Below the pieces are notes generated by a model that did no database searches, was not told the origin of the DNA, and worked only from the letters and a program-made list of their open reading frames with translations. The translations under genes were made by a program, and so were the position numbers. Of a stretch of DNA of 64,000 bases, positions 41,101 to 54,474 are shown piece by piece (positions within the stretch are counted from its first letter, which is position 1; the number at the start of each line of letters is the position of its first letter). Origin of the DNA: Lingula anatina (taxonomy: Eukaryota; Animalia; Brachiopoda); NCBI GenBank assembly GCA_051362555.1, contig CM120644.1:16142534-16206533 (forward strand), read 5' to 3'.

Positions 41101-44100
41101 GTCCAAGTTAAATCAACAGTAATCCATTTAAATAAATAAAAGTTTTGGTTGGAAATGTGCAATGACCTTCTGACTTTATTTCAAGGGGCAAATATTTCAT
41201 TTAATGGGATTGGATCTGCCAGGCACCGAGTTAGCAGTAAATAAAACATTCTGCTCAAACTCACTAAAAGTTAAAAGTTACAGTTACAGCCAGGCACTCA
41301 CTTACCAGAGGGTGGTGAAGGTGTTGGTGTTCCAGAAGGTTCACTAGGAGTGGGAGCCACTGTTGTTGGTTTAACTTTGGTTCTAGTTGTTGGTTGAGCT
41401 CCCTGTGTGATTGGTGTCAGCTTAGGGCTTGGCGTGGGGGACCCAGTGGTTACCGTTGGAGCTCTTGTTGGAACACCCTCCGGAGATGGGGTGGGTGACA
41501 ATTCCTCTCCTGGGATAGGGGTGCTTTGACCTGCAGGTGGCGATGGTGTTGGAACACCAGTGGTCTTGGCCGTTGGTTTTTCAGTTTCACTTGTTGGTGC
41601 TGGTGTTGGTGTTCCTTCACTTCCTGGGGTGGGTTTCACAGTTGTCAACTTAGGTGATGGAGTAGGCTCACCGTTTGGTCCGACTGTTGGAGTCTCACCT
41701 CCAGATGTTGGGGATGGAGTTGGGGTTCCCTTTGGTGGCTTTACAGTACCGAGGCTACCTGGTTTAGGAGATGGGGTTGGTTCAACAGTAGAACCAACAG
41801 GTGGTGTCTCTGTCCCTGGTGTTGGAGATGGTGTTGGTTTCCCACTTGTGACAACAACTGGTGTCTTTGTGCCTGGTGTTGGAGATGGTGTTGGTTTCTC
41901 ACTGGTGCCAACAACTGGTGTCTTTGTGCCTGCTGTTGGAGATGGTGTTGGTTTCTCACTAGTGCCAACAACTGGTATCTTTGTTCCTGGTGTTGGAGAT
42001 GGTGTTGGTTCACCACTGGGGCTAACAACTGGTATCTTTGTGCTTGGTCCTGGAGATGGTGTTGGCTTACTACTGGTGCCTGGTGTTGGAGTCTCCTTAC
42101 TAACAGGTGGTGCTGGTGTTGGTGTCTGGCTAGTTCCTGGTGTTGGTTTCACAGTCTTGCCAGATGGGGAAGGAGTTGGTTCCACAGTGCCTACTGGAAT
42201 TGGGGTTCCAGAGCTTGGTGTTGGAGAGACGGTTACATCTGAAACACAAAGTTATATATTGATATGATCATTTTCATTAAAGAAACAAAGTAATTAGGTG
42301 AGACCAACTGACAAGTTAGTTTACAAATGCCACCAACTTAATGTTGATTTTGAGGAAATGTAAATTCAAAAACACTCTGTAAGTGGCAGTGCAGAAAAAC
42401 TTTAATGCTGTCATTTTTAAGCTCACAATGTATATTCGACACTTCCTTTCTCTTAGAAAAATAATGAAGAACCATGACATTATGCTGCTATTTTCATGAT
42501 ACATTTTCAAAAAGAAAATAAATTAGCCTGCCTATTCAGAGAGAGACACTGCTAATTAAACAACTCATTAATCAATTTTGTCTCGTCTTAAAATAAAAGA
42601 AATTTAAATTGTTGGATTGTTAGACTGTACAAGTAACTAATAATTTAACAATAACAATGAAACAAGAATTATTTTATATTTATCATGAATATCTTTGAAT
42701 AGACAAGCATAGTTTTTTTTTAAATAAATTGATTAATTACCTCCACATTCACACCAGAACCTGATCTCGTAGTCCAGGCAAAGATGGTTGGTCTGGTCAG
42801 CGTTGAGACACTGAAGACCATTAACCACATCACACTTGACCTGAAAATTGGAGACAATATTTTTCAAACATTTGTATACAAAGGATAGCTTGACAATCGG
42901 ATGCTCAAAATACAGAAATGATGTCGGCATTGAGACACTAGAAAAACCATGAAACCAGCTGTCTTTTGCCTTAAAACTATATATTTAGATATTTGGACAC
43001 TCAGTCTCTTTATCTATTTGTCCTTGATAGTAAGAGTCTACTTATCTATTTATGAATAAAGCATTCCCAGTAGTGAGAATATGTCTGGACAGATTGTCTC
43101 TTAAGACATATGTAAGAGGATAATGATGATGACAATCTTAGTTTTAGTAATTCTTGATAAATTGTCAGATATTATAATAGTGCATTGTGCTTCAGTACAA
43201 ACCTTCTGTCCAGAGTAGGCAGCAGCAGTGTTGGTGCCCACAGCCCTGCACTCCACGGAAGAAATCATCTCGTAGTCGCAGTACGGGTAGGCACGACGCA
43301 GGTTCTTGTGGGATTCAATATCACCCAAGTTGGTGAACGATGGATGGGAAGAGCTCATCCAATCAGTCCATCCAGTCTTCAAGCACATGGGCTGGTAGAT
43401 GACCACTGGGGTTGGCCCTGGGGTCAATGTTGGCTTGACAGTGGGTTTTACTGTGGGCTGGACACTTGGTTTTGGTGTTGGTTCACCGGTTGGTGAGATG
43501 GGTGGTTTCTGGGTGGTGACAGGTCCTGGTGATGGTGTGGGAGAACCAGTGGTGACAGGAGAAGGTTCTGGTGTGGATACCTTGGGTGGCTCCTGTGTGG
43601 CGCAAGGTTTGCCAGTAATGGTGACATGGCCATTCTTGTCGCAGTAGCTAGAGTGGAAATAAATGAATCTTGTTGAAAAATATCAGTAAACATTTAACTC
43701 AATATTACAACTGGATAAAATGGGTATGTGTAGATGTTTGTTTTTTTTTAGCAGATCTTAAGAATAAAAAAAAAGCAACATTGAGACTGCCAGAAAAATT
43801 ATCAAACTTCAGACTTTTTCTGTAAAACAGAAAGAATATATTCTTGAAAAACTGCAACATCTTCAAGAAAATATGTATGACAAGAATTTTTAATGCTAGT
43901 CATAAGATTAGAACAGTCCCCCTTGTAAATTAAATTGAGTATGCTGACATACAATACAGTTTCTTTGCAATGTTGCTTTAGAATAAAAAGACCAATTATG
44001 TTAATAATGACCAAGCAACAAATAATATTACTCAAAAAAAAGGCAAAAACTACTCACCAAATCTGGCACTTGTCACAGACTGCTGTGTCCTTTATCTGTT

Positions 44101-46257
44101 CTCCCTCTTTGTACTCTTTGCCATTGATCACACATTTGCGTCCCTCGCACACTGCCTCGGGCACGCACTTCAGCATGGTGTCGTTCATGTAGACTTTGCC
44201 TGGCATGCATGGATCAATGTCGCAACCTTCTACACACACCTGATGTAATGAAAATAATAATTAAATTTCGCTGAATAAAGATATTAATGATCAACATATG
44301 ATTTTAGGTGCAGATAGCTTAGATTTTCTGTTAACACAATAATCCTTTTAACAATTTTCTTTTTTTTTTTTTGGAGGGGGGGGGAGAGGAAACATAGTTA
44401 ATTTTAGAACATCAGAAATTAAGGTTTTTTGCCGAGGTCAATTATAAATTTTGACCTCTGACCAAGCCCATACCGAAAGCTTCTTTTTTTTTCATTTGAA
44501 AAGAAAATGGGTGCAAAAATGGTCTGATATCCCCTAAACTATGGTCAGACACACTCTTTATCCAACTTATCAAGTTTGTCCACCAAATGCAGTTTTTCCA
44601 TTCGAAAAGAAAATGGGTGCAAAGATTATCTGATTTCTACAAAACTAGAGTCAGATGCACTCATTATCTGGCTTTTCAATTTTATAAAATATCTGAAAAA
44701 TTTGAATTTCACAAAATTATTCTGACTGCACTCATACCTCATCTTTGCATGTGCTCAAAATCTTGTCGTAATGGTCCTTGTTCTCACATGTGCGTTTGGG
44801 GCACATGCTCATGCATGGGTTGTACTTGCCGCAGTCTTCACACTGCATGGCTGAAAAGATTATCAAAGCCATTTCAAAATAATGTTTTTTGTTGTTTTAA
44901 ATATAAAAAAATTCCTATCATAAAGTTGTGAAAATTTTTAAAAAGTGAAAAATGTTTAAAAAATAAATGTTATGAAGTACTTTCAAAATGTTGTTTTAAA
45001 GCTGAAATGTCATTACTGATAAAAATATTAAATTTTTTCATTAATGGCCGCAAGAATACTTTTCAAAGACATTATATGTACACATTGCAGTCTTCAAAAA
45101 TTTTCAAAAAATTGTCAAATTCCTCAGTAAACAATGTGCTTAAAAATTCTTCAAATAAAAATAAAATCTGTTTCAGTGCTAAGTCAAAAGTAATATGCAT
45201 ATTCAATATTTTAAACATCAAGCTTTTACAATTAATCATTAAAGACATTTTAATCACACATTACAGCCTACAGTACATACCACACAATTCCTGGTTCCTC
45301 CAGCTGATTGGCACGCCATGGATGTTACACTCCTGGGCATAGGCAGCAATGGCCGTACACAGGCACTCACAGTCACCACCAAGATCGCACGCACATGCAT
45401 CATAGATACACCTGTCCATGTATGCCTGATAAGGCACGACAGCGTGGCAAGGCTTGAACAGATCGGACGAGAGGAGAGAGCATTTCCTCTGTGCCCATGG
45501 TTTGCGGTGTGGGGATGAGATGCAGGGCTCTGAGACCTCCTTGGATGGTGCGCAGTAAGAGTGGACCTTCCAGCTGTCACCGAAGGTGGTGGGTTTGATG
45601 ACAGGGGTGTTCTGGGGGGTCTTAAAGTCGTCCAGCTGGTCACCGTTGAAGTTACCGCACAAACCTTGGACCTGGATTATAAAAAAAGGATAAAAGATGA
45701 TGATCTTTATAATGAACTTGATTTTGGCTTTAATAATGACTTTGATGGTGACCATCATAGATATCACCAGAAAGGGGGTGGGACAAAACAGACACTTTTT
45801 ACTACTTTCACATTATTTATTTCCATTTTTATGTAGTGCCATAACTTTATAATAAGTAATTTTTGAAAATGAAATGCAAAATTAAATGATAATATCAAAA
45901 ACTTATCAAAAAGAAAAAAATGCATGTCAGATGTTTATATTGTGACACAATAATTATAGCACTTGCCACACAGATAAAGTGCATTTCTCAAAGATAAACC
46001 CCATACTACAACCACTCAGATCCGTGTCAAAATGTCAAACAAAAAATCAACTCACAGCTCCTTTGTGATCCACAGACAGCTTGATGTAGACCCTGGTACC
46101 ACGGTCCCATTGCAGGATGACGCCAAAGTCAGTGATAACAAAGACGAACATGCCGACCTCTCTGACCTGGAAGGGGGCATTGGGGTCCACCTCCACATCC
46201 TTGCCTCTCACCAGACTGATCTTGTAGAAGTTGGCAGAGCCTGGGGAAATGTGAGGC

Positions 46258-46290
<33 letters not shown>

Positions 46291-49200
46291 AATAAGCAAA
46301 ACATTTAAAATAACAACAGCAATGAAATACTTTAAATTCTGTTTAACTTATTTTTCTATTTATTCATTCTATTTTATTTATTTATTTATTTATCTGTAAA
46401 AAGCCACTGATAATAATTCAACTTCATTTGTGTCACCATGCTTCAAATGTAACTGTCATTTCATTGAGAAAAACTGGTTGTTACAGACTACCTTAAACTG
46501 CAGAATATAAGACCCTTCTCACAATGAGAGCTGCAGTTTTCTGTACTTATAATAAATAGCCTGGCTATTATGTAATAGAGTCACTTAAATGGTGCCCATG
46601 CTTCACAAGGCCACCATATGGAACTCTAGGACCAGGGAAAAGAACCTTCCTACAACCCCCCCCCCCCTTAATGCTCGATGTGAGCATGTACAAAAACCCA
46701 CCTGGCTCTCCAATGGAGAACTCAATGGCCTTGGTGCAGGTAACGCCACTGGTGCCACAGGGGATGTTCTCAGTGGTGATCTGGAACTTGTGGGGGTTGG
46801 AGGTAGCACTCTTGGCCAGGGTGTAGTCACAGTTGCCCTGGAACTCGAACATCTTGCCGTCAAATGTCTTGTAATGGCTGTCACCGAAGGCGGAACACAG
46901 ACCAGGGCACTGCTTGGTGTCACAGGCCCAGTGTCTTGAACGGCAGACGCTGGAAAATGTTTAAAATAAAATAAAATAAAATAAATAAATGAAGTTTTAC
47001 CCTTTATGAATACAATTCACCATGCAAATCAATAATTGCCAGAACTTACTGCAAGGACATGTTACACTTTATGCCACGGAGCTTTTGAAGAAATGCTAAT
47101 GAATGTTATTTTGTCTCAAGTCTCATTAAAAATTTATCTATAGATTTACTTAAAACTTAATGTGATACTGAACCTAAACCAAATATATCCTCAAATGAGA
47201 TTAATATTTTAAGAAAATGACAAAATCAAACAACACACCATTCATTGCACTCAAGTTTGATAGTGTCTCCCTCATAGTAGCTCTTTCCTCCATGGTGGCA
47301 TGGGCATTCGGTCTCTTTCACGCATGTCTTTCCATCGAGCACGTAACCTGGCTCGCACATGCATCCTGGGTTACAGTTCACAGTCGTGCAGCCTGGTGGG
47401 CTGTGCATGTTGGAGCACGTCTTGGGGCAGCTGGACACGCAGCTGGTGTACACCATGTTGGTGGGGCAGAGAGGTCGGAGTGGTTTCTTGGTGGGGATCT
47501 TGGCCACATCGTCCTGGGGTGTCTTCCCCTGGGGTGTGGGCTTCTTGGGGGGGACTGGGTAGCACTCCCACTTGGCACCCTTACATTCACTGAAATGGAG
47601 TTGTATTGGAATTAAGCATGTGTCCTTTTCTAACCAAGATTATCTGCAATCATTAACCACATTGGTATATTTTATTTTTTATATTTGAAACTTTAAAATC
47701 TTTAAATGTTCCCTGATAAAGCAAACCACAATATTTGCAATCAGAATCATCTTCTCTCTTAAATGATATAACTAAAAAATAGCATAAGGATTTTTTAAAA
47801 CTTCTAAAATTTCAACTTGTCTTATTGGGTTTTTATCATTTTTATATCCAATTTTTACAATTTCATCCAACCAAAAATCTAAAAGCCAATTGCTGCAGTC
47901 TTGATATCCTCACAACCCCGCACTCACCAGATCTCGTTCTCCTTCATGGTGGTGTAGCCACTAGCATACTCCCTGCCATCAAAGATGCAAGGACACTGCT
48001 CCTCCTTCACACACTCTCCATTGGAGTTCAAGGTCATGCCGTTAGGGCAGTTGCAACCCTCAACGCAGGTGTCCTGGCAGGTGGGGTTCATGGCGATGTC
48101 GCGGCAAGAGCGTTTGCACGAGCTGCTGCATGCCTGATAGACCTGACCACCTGGGCACTGGAGTGCTACGGGTTGAAATAAAATTATGTTTAAGATTGGT
48201 TGTAGTGTCATCCAGTGAACAGTTATCATACCTAAGATATTAAAGCAAACAACATTTTCACACTGACAGTTAAAAAACCTCATGTCAAATGAGTTGTGTA
48301 TTAATACAAGTATCTATAGAACATCATACAATAAGGACTTTTTCTTTCATAATATAAGATTGAGGTACACAAACTAAAATTAAAATAGTTTTTCTTAAAG
48401 ATTTAAGACTGAAGATTAAATGCCAATATTGAAAATGTTACCTTATGCCAATAAAACAAAGATGTACGAAAAATGAGTAAATATTCACAACTTCCTTATG
48501 AGAGAATATAACGACTAAATATGCAAATACATTATTATACTGAACTGTATTGTATTGTATTGCAATGTATTGTATTGTATTGTATTGTATTGTATTGTAT
48601 TAAACTGTATTGTATTGTATCGTATTATATTTTATTGACCTGCATTGTATTGTATTGTATCGTATTGTACTGTATTGTATCGTATCGTATTGTATTATAC
48701 TGTATCCTACTGATTATTTAACTTACCACACAGTTGGACCTGGTTTCTCCAGTGGACCTGTACTCCCTTGGCTGTGCACTCATCAGCGTATGAACCCATG
48801 GTTGGGCATACACAGTCGCGCAGGTTGGAGGCACAGTCGCACACATCATACAGACAGTCCTTGTAGAATGGCTCCACATCAACGACATCATGACAGGCTA
48901 AGGAGATAAAATGTCAGTTTAATTTTCTATAGAATTAATGTACTTTTAATTTTTTTTACATATTTTAGTAAAATCTTTTCTTGAAATTCTACAGTTTGTA
49001 GAACATGATGCATCACTGTCATTATTACTGGCACTTTGTTGGCTTTAGAAAATAATTCAAAATTCAGCACCTACCCTTGAATAACTTGACCTGTCAATGT
49101 CAACATAACTTTATACATTTTTCAACAATCTGAAGCTTTATCACTTACCCTTGAAGATGTCACTCTTCAATACGCCACACTCCTCGTGAGCCGTTGGTTT

Positions 49201-52200
49201 ACGCTGTGAGAACAGATCACAGGGGTGAGGATTGGGGCGATCTGTAGGAACTTCAGTGCAAGTATCATACACACGCCAGTTGTTACCAAATCCATTGACG
49301 TTAGTCTCAGGAGCGCCCTCTAGTGTCAAGTAATCATCGTTCTGGTTGTTGGTGAGAGTACCGCAGAGACCCTTGGTCTTTCCGTGGAATTTGTCCTTTG
49401 GCGCGAAGACGTAGACGCGGGATTGTCCGTCCCACATGATCTTCAGACCATTGCTGAGTTCAACCTGGAATAAAGAAGATGAACGAGAATATTTAATCTC
49501 TTCATAACTTTTGAAAAGATATCAAGTTTACCTAGTATTTCAGTGTATCTGAAACTGAATTTTGGACCATTTGCATCTTCTTTTGCAACTGATGTTTCTA
49601 CAGAAGTATTGCCTCTTATATAACTGCTACCACTACTACTACTACAACTAATAATAATAATAATTTAACAAGTATTAAATAGTTAACATTCAAATTTGCC
49701 TGCACTCTGGCTACTTTTTTCTTTTGCAGATAAAACACTTAGACTTAAAAAATATGAATTAAAAAAAAACTATAATGATAGATAATTACCCCAGTAACTA
49801 AAAAAAAACAAAAAAATGTATTAATTTCCCATCTCAGGCCTCACCTTGATGAAGATGGAGGAAGCCATGTAGATGTAGGCACCTGCTGCTTTGTGGGGGA
49901 GATCCTTGATTTCCTGTCCGTTCACAAACAGGACACGGTTCTTCTTCATCTCAATGGTGGTGTCTCCGATCTAAACAGAAATGTCATCAAATTTTAATAA
50001 AATACATTACTAAATTTTCCCCAACTTAAAAAACAATGTTTTCTTATTATATGTGTTGTTGGCTTTGTCTAAGAGATTATATTTTTATGTTTTTGTTTAT
50101 CAAAATGATAATTAGGCCTCGAAAAAGTAAAAAAGAAGAATACGTGGGTCATCTTTAAATTTTAAGTAATAATCATAATGATCATTTGTATTTGTGACAT
50201 CAAAATGAACTGAAAAGACAGTATTGGGGGAAAACAATATATATCTCACCTTGATTGTAACAGCCTTGGTGCATGCAGCGTTCTCACGCCCGCACTCAAC
50301 ATTCTCCGCAATGATCTTGTAGTTGGTGTCGTACATCAGGTAGTAAGAGCATGCGCCCATGAAGGCGTAGCGTGTGCCGTCAAAGGTCTTGTAGTGGGGA
50401 TCACCAGTGACATAACAGACAGCGTCGCAAGGAACTTGTTTGCAGGTCTGTGGATCCCAGATACCCTTCTTACATGTGCTAGAATTAATGAAAAAATAAA
50501 TAAATAAATAAATACTGTCTACAAGGGACTTAATTAATATTAATTTTTTTTATTATTAAAATATAAGTTGCAACTTAAGCTTCAGCAGTTACTGATAAAA
50601 ATGCTAAAACTGCCTGGCACAAACACAATTAGATGACATTAGACTATAATCTATAAAATCTACAAAATACAGTTTATGATTATTCAGTGACTGGATGCAA
50701 TAATAGCTTCATAATAATTTAATTTCATTATTTTATCTTAGATTTTGGGATTCCTTTCTATACCTACTTAGTAACTTGTATGGCAAAAACATTATGCTGC
50801 ATCCAGCAAATTATACATGAAAGACTAAAAAATTTCTACGTAGAATTTTTTTTTTTTTAAATACTTCTCTGTATTTAAATAAATTACTCATCTTCAAAGT
50901 TTGATTTTTTTTCAAAAACAAATCATAACTCACCATTCCTCACAATCTCTGATCTTGACAGTCTCCCCAGCAGAGTACTTCTTTCCGCGGTGCTCACATG
51001 GGCAGTCCTCGACACGGACGCAGGTCTGGCCAGACAGGGCAGTGCCATCTGGACAATGGCAGCCATCCACACACTGGTCATTGATGCAGTTGTAATCAGA
51101 CTGACCACAGGTCTTTGGGCAGGTGCTTCCACACTCGTTGTAGGTCATGCCGTTTGGACAGGACACGGCTGAATTTTAATTGAAATTTTTCAAAATAGTT
51201 TTGGGTATTTATTTGTACCTTATTTATTGTTTTTTTAAACCATTTTGAAATAAAATATTCAAGCAATGGACAATGGATCATTTTCACACATCTTACCATT
51301 GAGCAAATTTTGCTCTGTACATTACATGAAACTGCGCTGACTGATTTTTAAAATTCTGATTACAAAACAGTGTAACTTCTGCTAAATGTCGTAGAAAAAA
51401 ATCATAAAAATCAATAATTTTACTTACAGCATCCAAGTGCGTCTCTCCAGCTCATGGTCACACCTTCGCGCTGGCAGGCACGGAAGAAAGCAGCAAACGT
51501 GTTGCATGTGCAGTCAGAACGTGCTGTGCCATTGCACTCGCAGTAGTCAGTACGGCAAGCATCAATGTATTTTTGCACATCAACAACCTGAAAAGAAGAC
51601 ATGACTAAATTTTGAGCAGAGTGGTACAGAAAATAAAACAATTTACATGGAAAATGTAGCTAAATGGTTCTTATAGTAAAAGGGTAATTCACAAAAGGCC
51701 ATAACCAGTGTTCTTACTTGTAAACATTTCAGATTGGACACTTCAAACAATAGAATTTTAGTTTTGGTGCTATGTAGGGTCATAAACAGTGTTCCTTTAC
51801 ATTTTAGATTTGTTATGAATTTGTTTATGAAATCACATACAAGCATACAAGTACTTCTCAGTGCTTTGATCAAACAAAAAAGAAGTGAAATTCCAAGTTT
51901 TTATTAGAAAATTAAAAGACTTAGTATGAATTCTTCTACTACGCTGAATAATCTGAGACTAAGTAAATTTCTTTTTTTACCTGAGCACAAGCAGCATACT
52001 GTGGTCTCAGCAGCTTCTTGCATTCAATGTCTGCGGCAGTGGAGAGTTGGCTACTTGCTCCAGAGGCGGCGCTACAGGCACCGGCAGACTTGGTCCTGTC
52101 TTGGCAGGTGTCTGGAATGAATTGATAATAGACATATCTTGTTTTTACCTGCTTGTCTACTTTTTGATAAAAAATAGGCGAACATTAAGTCTTAAAGTTT

Positions 52201-54419
52201 TTGATAATTGAATTTTAAAGAAACAAAGTGTAATCAACTTGCTTCATGTTTGATTTTTATACATGTAGGGAATGTAAGTAAATCTTTTTTCCTTAATTAC
52301 ACACACACTTAATTCCATGACCAAAAATTTTTATATTATTTTTAATTTGCAAGTCAAGGAATATGATGCGTAAATTCTCAGTACGCTTTTTTTTAGTACC
52401 TCCTGTCAAACCAATCATCTTCCAGCTTCTTGCAAATGCATGCACATCGTGTGTGATCACTCTCTTGTCCAAGGTCTCGAAATCATTTCCTGGGATGTCG
52501 TCATAGCGACCACAGAGACCGCAGGTCTTGTTCTTCAGCTCAAGGCCGACCTCAACAGCGATGTACTCTTTTCCGTCCCACTTCAGCTTGAAGCCAAGAT
52601 CAGTGCGAAGGTGAATGAACTGTGCGACGCGCTCGAAAACGATGTTGTTCAGGGTGCTTGGGATTGCCACCTCAACACGTGGAGAATGCGCGTCGTTCTT
52701 CATGAACACCTTGGGGCCCTCTGGCGTTGATCTCAAAGTGAGAGCACTATTGTCACTGAAAAAGATTTCGACTTGGCGCTTGCATGGCGCATGTGGGGCG
52801 CAGGAGCGGTCATTGATGACGTGGATGGCAAAGGTGTCTGCTACGCAGTCTTTTGCAAGCACATACGTGCAGCGGCCTTCAAATTGGTAGACCTTGCCGT
52901 CAAAGGTGCGGTAGTGATGTTGGCTCCATGCGGCACACCAGGCTTCAGTGGAGGGAGTTTGGACTAAAATGACAAAAAAAGCAAATAAAATAGAGCGGAT
53001 GTCATTAATGTCATTAGGGTAAAAACTTGGTAATAATTCAAGAGTACACTTGCTGAAATTTCAAAGAAATGGAATGGAATGTCAAAAAAAAATCCTTTTT
53101 GACGTATAAAGGTCTGCCATGCAATTTTTTACTAGTGTTCAATTAAATTTGTCTATAATTTCTGTACACCCTACTTTTGAATATTGACTTACTTTTGCTC
53201 CCTGTTGGCACAAGAGGATTAGTTATGGCTGGCTTTGTGTTGATCACATTCACCTCTGAAAAAAAGAGAAATATTTGTGTTTGATTCTAAAAGAGTACAA
53301 ATGACAAAATTGGGTTTCAGCTGCTTGTTTTCAAAATTACATTTCTGTCAACAGTGTTGACTAACCCATTATGCACTGCACTTTATAAAATATTCATTAT
53401 ACATTTTCATCTTTTAAAATAATTTTATTTCTGTTTTAATGGAATCTACTTTCTAATGTCAGGTATAATAATGCCAGTCTGTTAATTACCTATTCATTTA
53501 CTATTAATTATTTACTTTTTATTGTTATTTCTACACTGTCTTGATTTTTCTACTCACTTGGTATACAATCGGGCACCTTGTTTGGAGTCCACACCCCCTC
53601 GGAGTTTTTGCAGGTGTACATGTTGTTGGTTGGAGATTCAAATCTGAGAAAATAAAATCAATGTACAGAATTTTAAATTTTAAGTTGGAGTGGATGAAAA
53701 TTGAAACAGACAAGTGGCTAATTAATCATGCTAGTATATCATATAGAGAACAACTGCATCTTACTGATTGTTGGCTATATATTATTCCAACTCAAGAACT
53801 CAGCACTGCATACATTTTATAGTCTTATTATTATAGTCACTATTAGCAGAACAGACACAAAAAGCATCAACAGTACTGCTGTATGTGCGAGTTGAGGAGG
53901 GGCCATAGCAATATTCCGAAGTTTCAATAGTCAGAAGGTTCACTGGTCCGAATGCTCACTATAGAACATTCAGACCAGCAAACCCTTGATTAAAAAAAAC
54001 GATGAAAATGTTACCATTTTTCAGACCAATGAACCTTCGGATTATCGAGACGCCCCCGTTGAGGAGATGAAAGGTAAGATAAAAATTTGAAAGCTCCTAC
54101 AATTTAGCAGCAGCTGGTTCTCATTACACACTTTTTGAGGTCTATGAGCTATCATGCATTAACACAGCATAGATATCAATATCGTCAAATAAGACTGTAA
54201 ACACATGAATTTCCAGGTACAATGGACTGGATTCTTACCTGTACCCTGCATTACAGGTGGGGTAACAATGTGTCTCATGGGTCTCCACTGTGCACTGAAT
54301 GTCTCCATTCCTCGGCTTCTGAAGGGGGACGCACTTGTTATCTAAAATAAGAGAAAACATTTTTTGTCAAATTTTCTATTAAGGCAGTTGCAGGATTAAT
54401 TAAGGAGTCAATCTAGTAC

Positions 54420-54474
<55 letters not shown>

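Noticed and set aside
40768-41288. GC-richer intron segment with TG..CA ends, TATA-like and AATAAA motifs, suggesting a solo LTR
   Set aside because: No target-site duplication or second copy in the window; cannot be supported without a repeat search
18271-42267. Many plus-strand Gly/Val-rich ORFs (GVGDGVG..) and minus-strand Gln/His/Leu-rich alternative-frame ORFs
   Set aside because: They are antisense and shifted-frame shadows of the CCA/ACA/TCT-rich PTS exons; they coincide with those exons and have no splice or domain support of their own
47239-47589. Apparent frameshift at the G7 run in exon 20
   Set aside because: Recounting the run gives a continuous frame ([32 protein letters not shown]..); exon length 351 fits phases 2-2
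48521-48909. ORFs with YCIVL repeats
   Set aside because: They are translations of the (TATTG)n microsatellite
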